From the NCBI RefSeq assembly GCF_006345805.1, contig NW_021835722.1:1-47166 (forward strand): 47,166 nt of DNA, read 5' to 3'. This document shows, piece by piece, positions 38,504-47,166 of the stretch (position 1 is the first letter of the stretch; each line of letters opens with the position of its first letter). A program made the position numbers and the translations under genes. This DNA is from Octopus sinensis (Eukaryota). The notes below the pieces were generated by a model. That model searched no databases. It was not told where the DNA came from and saw only the letters and a program-made list of their open reading frames with translations.

Positions 38504-39304
38504 GTATATACATAAAAGTACATGTGTGTGTGTGTAGGTAAGTATATGCGTGTGCATGAATGTACCAGTGTACGGGCTTCTATGTCTATTTCTTACTTGA
38601 ATGCTTTCACGTTCACGTATATTGTTAATCTCAGCAGGTACTTAGCTCACAAACAGAAAAAAAAAACCACTAGTAATTTCCGATCAGCAAATACTACGAA
38701 ATGTAAAATTTAGTTTAGCCTAACCAGGAGCGTGGAAATAATTTTGATTAGAACGCGAAATATGTTCAGTACCTGTATTTACGGTTAGAAATATATTATA
38801 TTGAACAAAAGATGAACGAATTCACAAAAAAAGAAAAATGGAGTTCAGCAGTACAATTCGGGAAATGAAGCAATTAGCTGTTACGGTATTTCAATATTCT
38901 TCAAAATATTTTTTTTTATCTAGTACACGAGCATTCTGATAATTTAATTTTTGTTTTATCTAGTACATGAGCATTCTGATAATTTAATTTTTGTTTCTTT
39001 CGAGAAAATTTTTGCTTGTAGATCTTTTAATTTACACTTTGCAGCATATAATTTTGCGAAATACGCATTGACCCAAATACATTTTCAATACCTATCACGT
39101 TTCAAAATTGCAGAATAAGCGACTGTCTACATGTACTGCTGTTTGCTATCTTCTTACATCAGCATGGTTGAGTTTATTCTATTGAATCTTGGCCTGTAAC
39201 TATATTTAAGCTGAATGATGTGCTTAGTCATCCATCCATCCAAACATCCCCCTATTTATTTATGCTTATATATATCTAGCTAATGAGCTAGGTACCTATT
39301 TGCC

Positions 39305-39404
39305 AATCTATCCCTTCAGCTATCTTTATCTGTCTATCTAAGTATCTATCTATCCCTTCAGCTATCTTTATCTATCTATCTATTCAGCTATCGAACAACT
39401 GATG

Positions 39405-39437
<33 letters not shown>

Positions 39438-42260
39438 TCAGCTGTCGAACAACTGTTGTCACGTGTGGGACGAGTCGGTTTATCAGCTGAGTCTGTCGTC
39501 AATATTGCCACGCCTCCTTCCTTCAAACGGGAAGGAAGAGCTATTTTCATCATCCTTGTGGCTATGGCGAAAGAATGTATCTGGTGGACGCGTCTGAAAG
39601 GATTGGAGACAAACACTTTCCTCTCTGGTCAATCTCTCACCAACTTCTTCAAGTACCACTTGAAAAGGATAGTGAGAGTAGAGAGGCAAGTTTTGTCTAG
39701 CGTATGTTTTAAAAAAGATGGGTGAATGTAGCAAGGATGGCACGTATGAATGACGAAGCCACCTTGACATAATCCTATGAACCCAGAAATTGAAAACAGA
39801 GGGTTACCCACTTGCAAACAAATGTGGTAACATATAACAATATTGACCAAGGTTACCGTGGTCTTTTTCGTAGGCTTTTCTTCCCATGGATAAACCTTAC
39901 TTGCTTTCCCCTTTACACCATATATCATATCACTGTGATACACGATCCCTATTGATCGTTTTTTTCCTCTCCCCCTTTTTTCTTTTTTCATTTCTCTTTT
40001 CTTTTGTTCCTTTTCTTTTTTTTTTAATTTTATTTTATTTTATCTTTTTTGTTCTTTTTCCCTTTTACGATCCCTTTTGATCGAAAAACTACGCCACCCT
40101 TTTTTTCTTTTGTTTTTTTTCATCCCCCAAAGAAAAGCTCTACCTTGTAACTTGTCCCATCTGTGTGCAGCCCTGTGTGGCCAATAAAGAAACTTATCTA
40201 TTCAGCTATCTTTATCTATCTGTCTAATCGGATATCTTTATCTATCTATCTAATCGGATATCTTTATCTATCTATCTATCCCTTCAGCTATCTTTATCTA
40301 TATATCTATCAATCTATCTATCCCTTCAGCTATCTTTATCTATCTATCTATCTATCTATCTCTTCAGCTATCTTTATCTATCTATCTATCAAGCTATCTT
40401 TACCTATCTATCTATCAAGCTATCTTTACTATCTATCTATCTATCCCTTCAGCTATCTTTATCTATCTATATATCTCTTCAGCTATATTTATCTCTCTAT
40501 CTATCTATCTCTTCAGCTGTCTTTATCTATCTATCTATCAAGCTATCTTTATCTAACTATCCCTTCAGCTATCTTTATCTATCTATCTATCAAGCTATCT
40601 TTATCTATCTATCTATCCCTTCAGCTATCTTTAATCTATCTATCTATCCCTTCAGCTATCTTTAATCTATCTATCAATCAAGCTATCTTTATCTATCTCT
40701 TCAGCTATCTTTATCTATCTATCTATCTATCTCTCAAGCTATCTTTACTATCTATCTATCTATCTCTCAAGCTATCTTTACTATCTATCTATCTATCCCT
40801 TCAGCTATCTTTATCTATCTATCTATCTCTTCAGCTATCTTTATCTATCTATCTATCTACCTCTTCAGCTATCTTTATCTATCTATCTATCAAGCTATCT
40901 TTATCTAACTATCCCTTCAGCTATCTTTATCTATCTATCTATCAAGCTATCTTTATCTATCTATCTATCCCTTCAGCTATCTTTATCTATCTATCTATCT
41001 CTTCAGCTATCTTTATCTATCTATCTATCTCTTCAGCTATCTTTATCTATCTCTTCAGCTATCTTTATCTATCTATCTATCTCTTCAGCTATCATTATCT
41101 ATCTATCTATCTCTTCAGCTATCATTATCTATCTATCTATCTCTTCAGCTATCTTTTTCTATCTATCTCTTCAGCTATCTTTATCTATCTATCTATCTAT
41201 CTATCCCTTCAGATATCTTTATCTATCTATCTATCTATCCCTTCAGCCATCTTTATCCATCTATCTATCCCTTCAGCTATCTTTATCTATATATCTATTC
41301 AGCTATCTTTATCTATCTGTCTAATCGGATATCTTTATCTATCTATCTATCCCTTCAGCTATCTTTATCTATATATCTATCAATCTATCTATCCCTTCAG
41401 CTATCTTTATCTATCTATCTATCTATCTCTTCAGCTATCTTTATCTATCTATCTATCAAGCTATCTTTATCTATCTATCAAGCTATCTTTATCTATCTAT
41501 CTATCTATCTCTTCAGCTATCTTTATCTATCTCTTCAGCTATCTTTATCTATCTATCTATCTATCCCTTCAGCTATCTTTATCTATATATCTATCTATCT
41601 ATTCAGCTATCTTTATCTATCTGTCTAATCGGATATCTTTATCTATCTATCTTTATCTATCTGTCTAATCGGGTATCTTTATCTATCTATCCCTTCAGCT
41701 ATCTTTATCTATATATCTATCAAGCTATCTTTATCTATCTATCTATCTCTTCAGCTATCTTTATCTATTTATCTATCAAGCTATCTTTATCTATCTATCT
41801 ATCTCTTCAGCTATCTTTATCTATCTATCTATCTATCTATCTATCTCTTCAGCTATCTTTATCTATCTATCTATCTATCTCTTCAGCTATCTTTATCTAT
41901 CTATCTATCTATCTATCAAGCTATCTTTATCTAACTATCCCTTCAGCTATCTTTATCTATCTATCTATCCCTTCAGCTATCTTTATCTATCTATCTATCA
42001 AGCTATCTTTATCTATCTATCTATCACTTCAGCTATCTTTATCTATCTCTTCAGCTATCTTTATCTATCTATCTATCTATCTATCTCTTCAGCTATCTTT
42101 ATCTATCTATCTATCTATCTATCTATCTCTTCAGCTATCTTTATCTATCTATCTATCTCTTCAGCTATCTTTATCTATCTATCTATCTCTTCAGCTATCT
42201 TTATCTATCTATCTATCTCTTCAGCTATCTTTATCTATCTATCTATCTCTTCAGCTATCT

Positions 42261-42301
<41 letters not shown>

Positions 42302-42314
42302 CCTTCAGATATCT

Positions 42315-42347
<33 letters not shown>

Positions 42348-42360
42348 CCTTCAGATATCT

Positions 42361-42393
<33 letters not shown>

Positions 42394-43480
42394 CCTTCAG
42401 ATATCTTTATCTATCTATCTATCTATCTATCCCTTCAGCCATCTTTATCCATCTATCTATCTATCCCTTCAGCTATCTTTATCTATCTATCTATCTAGCT
42501 ATCTTTATCTATCTATCTATCTATCTATCTATCAATCTATCTATCTATCCAGCTATCTTTATCTATCTATCTATCTATCAATCTATCCAGCTATCTTTAT
42601 CTATCTATCTATCAATCTATCCAGCTATCTTTATCTATCTATCTATCAATCTATCCAGCTATCTTTATCTATCTATCTATCAATCTATCCAGCTATCTTT
42701 ATCTATCTATCTATCAATCTATTCAGCTATCTTTATCTATCTATCTATCAATCTATTCAGCTATCTTTATCTATCTATCTATCAATCTATTCAGCTATCT
42801 TTATCTATCTATCTATCAATCCCTTCAGCTATCTTTATCTATCTATTCAGCTATCTTTATCTATCTATCTATCTATTCAGCTATATTTATCTATCTATCT
42901 ATCTATTCAGCTATCTTTATCTATCTATCTATCAATCTATCTATCTATTGAGCTATCTTTATCTATCTATCAATCTATCTATCTATTGAGCTATCTTTAT
43001 CTATCTATCCATCAATCTATCTATCTATTGAGCTATCTTTATCTATCTATCCATCAATCTATCTATCTATTGAGCTATCTTTATCTATCTATCCATCAAT
43101 CTATCTATCCAGCTATATTTATCTATCTATCAATCTATCTATCTATTCAGCTATCTTTATCTATCTATCTATCTATCAATCTATCTATCTATTCAGCTAT
43201 CTTTATCTATCTATCTATCAATCTATCTATCTATTCAGCTATCTTTATCTATCTATCTATCAATCTATCTATCTATTCAGCTATCTTTATCTATCTATCT
43301 ATCAATCTATCTATCTATTCAGCTATCTTTATCTATCTATCAATCTCTCTATCTATTCAGCTATCTTTATCAATCTATCTATTCCTTCAGCTATCTTTAT
43401 CTATCTGTCTCAGTATCTATCTGTCTCAGTATCTATCTGTCTCAGTATCTATCTGTCTCAGTATCTATCTAGCTACCTAT
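39305..43480. repeat. (ATCT)n-derived satellite with TTCAGCTATCTTT nodes, interrupted by a LINE fragment
   Basis: Variable ~20-45-bp units over ~3.3 kb (40195-43480) plus 39305-39443. Confidence 0.95.
39444..40194 (+). mobile_element. 5'-truncated L1/Tx1-type LINE (ORF2 C-terminus + T-rich 3' UTR)
   Basis: ...IFIILVAMAKECIWWTRLK...FFKYHLKRIVRVERQVL...FKK(frameshift)RWVNVA fits a Tx1-group ORF2 end; terminates AATAAAGAAA; candidate TSD TATCTATTCAGCT (39431-39443, 40195-40207). Confidence 0.75.
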
Positions 43481-43707
43481 ATATCTATCTACCTACTTAT
43501 CTATCTACCTATCTATCTCGCCCTCTCTTTTCTTTCTCTCCGTGTCTCACTCACTCTCTCTTATGTTGTGAAGCAACCATGACATTGACCGCAACACGAA
43601 GATAAATGTGTCTAGTGCTGCACAATTCTGTTTTCTGCACTATGTCTCGGAGTGTTTGGCCCTCGACTGCAGGTATATCAAGGCACTGAAGTGAATAAAA
43701 GAAGATT

Positions 43708-43964
43708 TAGTGATTAGGACATTCGGTTAACAATCGTAGAATTTTGAGTACAATTCCCGGTGACGTGTTGTACCCTTCAGCAAGCCACTTTATTTCGAAT
43801 TACTGCAGTCCACTCAGCTGGCAAAAGTGGGTAGTTCCTGTATTTCCAAAGGCCGGCCTTGTGACACTCTGCCAGATTTAAAACTATACATTTAATTTCA
43901 AGAGAATATTGTTCCGTTAAATATATCAACTGGAGACCAAGTCCTCGCAAGTGGCAGAGTGCCA
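43708..43964 (+). mobile_element. Old SINE with SINE-C-like head/body and SINE-D-like tail
   Basis: cactttatttc...cagtccactcagctg matches 14124-14158; cctgtatttccaaaggccggccttgtgacactct...tgttccgtt matches 37767-37910. Confidence 0.7.
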
Positions 43965-43966
43965 CT

Positions 43967-44007
<41 letters not shown>

Positions 44008-44028
44008 GTGTGTGTGTGTGTGTATATA

Positions 44029-44998
44029 CTAGCTTTATGACTCGGCGTGGCCGGGTCATAGTTCTAGTTTGGTATAAATTTGTTAAATTAAAAATTTGGG
44101 GTAATAAAACATACAATGACATATTAAAAAGACGAATTAAAATTCCAGAGAATAATACATAGAAGATAGATATACAAATTTACAAAAATACATAAAAGTT
44201 AATCTCGTTTCAGAGATGCACCAGTTAATATGAAACATATATATTTAAAATTGACACTCCCCTCGTCAGGATGTTTTTTACACACAACACATAGTACACG
44301 GAAACAAATGCACAATTACATACCTGCTACATACGAAAGACCAGACATAACGTACTCCCAAAAATTCTCATAGATACTGAATGCTACTGTATAAGCATAT
44401 AATTCAATCCAGCAGCTATAGTAAATCCTATGCGCACAGCCCCATCTGGACTAGTTCACTTCTGCACTCAAATTTTTTATCTTTTAATTTCTCCCATTCA
44501 TACAAAGCCACATATTCGAGTTCGAGTCCTTGATGCATTTTATACTAATTGCTATTTTTCTTTTAATTGTTATATTACGATTTAACTACCATTTTAATAA
44601 AATAAAATATATTTAATTACTGTTTACTATATTTACTATTTAATTCAATTGTTATTATTACCTGCAACTTTTATTGCAATTTTTATTTCTAAATAGCTTC
44701 TGGAACGTCGAGAGAATCTTATGCGTACAATATATTTTTATATGATGTTTATATATTTATATACTATATATTTCTAAACGTCGGGATCTACGTCTGTTCT
44801 GTAGATATCAATGAATATATGAATATATGTATGTGTGTGATCTCTCTGTGGATTTTGTAGTGCTCTTGTAGTTGCTGCTCGCATAGCCTCCCCTCGGATT
44901 AAAAAGTGTATACAGCTCATTTGAGCACTACTATCCCAGTCTGTTATATATTTTGAGCGTTGTCGTCGCTAAAGATATAACTTTATATTTTGAAATAT

Positions 44999-45076
<78 letters not shown>

Positions 45077-45312
45077 CATATACATACAATAGAGAGATGT
45101 TTTTGTTTCACTTTTAACACTCAAATAGTGGAGAAGATATATATTGCTGTGGGCTCGCTCTAGGCAAGAAGTTAAACATTGTTTTTGCCCATGATACTAC
45201 AGGGACCCTAAGTAAGGCACGTGTAAAATTTGAATGAAATTGGTTGTGTTGTTCTCAAGTTTTAGGGAAACAGACAGACAGACACACATTCTCAGTTTTA
45301 TATACAGAGAGA
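44029..45312 (-). mobile_element. Non-autonomous Helitron (~1.28 kb), second family
   Basis: Minus strand A|TCTCTCTGTATATAAAAC...(TGTC)n start; 3' hairpin TATGACCCGGC-CAC-GCCGAGTCATA then AAGCTAG|T. Confidence 0.85.
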
Positions 45313-45448
45313 TAAGAGACAATGGTGTCATTGAGACCCAAAGGTGTCAGGTAATGCAGAATACGTGCTATAGACAGACCATAATTAAGTTTCAGATTTG
45401 GTAATATTGCGAATAAAGGGTTCAACGTTGTTTCTATGTCAACGTGTG

Positions 45449-45572
45449 TATATATGAATTGTATGCATAATGAGATAAAAAAAACCAAGGCTCTATAGAT
45501 ATTAGAGCGTTTATAGATATCTATACAGCCTTTGTTTTTTTTTTATCTCATTACGCATAAAATTCATATATA
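45449..45572. repeat. ~124-bp imperfect AT-rich hairpin
   Basis: tatatatgaattgtatgcataatgagataaaa...aaggctctatagatat pairs with atatctatacagcctt...ttttatctcattacgcataaaattcatatata. Confidence 0.8.
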
Positions 45573-45589
45573 TATATATATTCATCTTG

Positions 45590-46411
45590 AATGATGCCTT
45601 TGTTACATTGTGGGGCTTTTTCTCCTCAAACTGCCTTTTCAAAACACCGCACGTATATACTATTTGGTTTAAGTTAGGTGACATGGTAGGCCAAGCAATA
45701 ACTTTAACTTTTTATCCGATAAAAACTTAGTTGTCATATTTGAAGAGTCATCATAAGGTTGGAATATGGAACGTCTTCTTTTCAGCAATATGTCACAATA
45801 AAGCCTTGAATCCATTCTTCTCTCAATAAATATGCTTCCTCTCACACTAGCCGCATGTATAACACTTCTGCCGCCGTGTTTCACGGTAGGTACGGGTTAG
45901 TTACCGTTATTATCTTCACATGGTCATCACCATACTGGGATTTTGTTTAACCAAAGCGTTTAGTATATTATACCGGATAACGGATTTAGGCCTTCATCTT
46001 GGTTTATTTTCAAGGCTATCATCATCTAAATGAGAGCTTTGGAATAATTTCTGAACAGTTCTAATGTCCACAAAACCATTACCAAAGACCCGGGTAATCA
46101 GGAGAGGCGATCTACGAAGAATGCCTCCTTGAAGAGCACACTGGTTCAAACTTCGGGGAAATCTTGGTTCGGATACAATTTTTCCACTGACAGAAGGCAC
46201 TTCTCGGGCCAAAGATGAAGCGGTACGACGTCTATCATTTGTCACGTAATTCTGTCAGCCATCATGTTCTTCTGAATTACTTTGGCAACCGTATTTACGC
46301 TAATATGTATTGTTTTGCTAACTAAATTTTGTCCTAAACCATTTTTGTTCAAATTAAAACTAATTTTCTGCAAACCCTTAGACAATTATTGTTATATTTA
46401 GGAATGGTCAT
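45590..46411 (-). pseudogene. Decayed Tc1-family transposase
   Basis: In order: N-terminal HTH (..SKTIHISVNTVAKVIQK), second HTH (DRRRTASSLA...SGKIVS...LRRSPLL), PTVKHGG.SV, IFQ.YDD and WPTMSPNLNQI; with frameshifts and deletions. Confidence 0.85.
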
Positions 46412-47166
46412 TTTTGCCAGTTTAACCAATAAAAACACACGCACTATATATATTTTGTTATTTTGCTTCAGTGTTATTAATTTTTTACATTAACCTTAAT
46501 CTTATTTCGGCCAGAGTTATTTCGTCACACTCCTGTGACCGCATCAGTGGTCCTTTGTTTTCTTCTTTCTTCTTTGTGTCTCTATTTACTAACCGTCAGC
46601 CAAATATATAAACGTACCTTAGACAATTCTTTTCCTTTTCCAACCATTGTAATGACAATGAGGAATATTTTCAAAAGTGTACAAAAATTAGAATTCTTAG
46701 CGGTGCAACACCAATGACCGGTGAAAACTGCAGGGAGAAATAATTTATTAGAACTGAAATTATCAGCAATATTTCAATTTAGTAAAAAAAGTGAATAAGT
46801 TATCGAATATAGCAAATTTTGTTTAGGGTGTGCATATTTTTGTAACGTTTGAAAATCAATTCTTCGTTCAAATCTTTGAAAACATTTATAGTTTTGCGTT
46901 CCAATTTTGTATGATATTTGCATGTATAATATATTTTATACAGTATAAATTTCGTTTGATTTCCCTTGATAATATCAGAGTAATAGCAATTTTGCTGAAT
47001 TTTTTAAGGATTGTTCATACTTCTCTGAGATAATATGCGTGTGTGCATGCATATATATATCTATATATTAATATATATATATATATATATATATGCATGT
47101 TTTTATACGCATATATGTATGTATATATGTGTATACATACATATATATATATATATATATATGCAT

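Noticed and set aside
38914-38995. 40-bp tandem duplication (and 25-bp x3 at ~17200-17271)
   Set aside because: Ordinary local slippage duplications.
40163-41668. 501-aa ORF (and the 198-aa ORF at 42986)
   Set aside because: Translation of the ATCT satellite (YLSI repeats), which is stop-poor by composition.

Overview
AT-rich, repeat-dominated eukaryotic DNA. The SINE families, dense (TA)n/(CA)n microsatellites and Helitron/Penelope content point to an octopus or other coleoid cephalopod; that assignment is an inference. No intact multi-exon host gene is demonstrable, and most long ORFs in the track are microsatellite artefacts. Mobile elements present: about 20 tRNA-derived SINE copies from at least 4 families, five tandem RTE-LINE 3' ends, 3' fragments of a CR1-type and an L1/Tx1-type LINE, five Helitron derivatives (one with an open PIF1 helicase C-terminal fragment), a long-TIR foldback element and two Tc1-like remnants. 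There are also two 4-5 kb simple-sequence satellites. The most interesting signals are: (i) five minimal type-I hammerhead-ribozyme motifs in Penelope-like termini, all anchored at (TA)n, two of them forming the arms of a 634-bp palindrome; (ii) two SINE/LINE shared-3'-tail pairings visible within the window, one with an L1/Tx1-type LINE; (iii) two similar candidate signal-peptide first exons on the minus strand with same-phase donors; (iv) a Helitron carrying a captured transposon TIR. Family labels SINE-A to SINE-D are my working names, and all alignments were done by eye.
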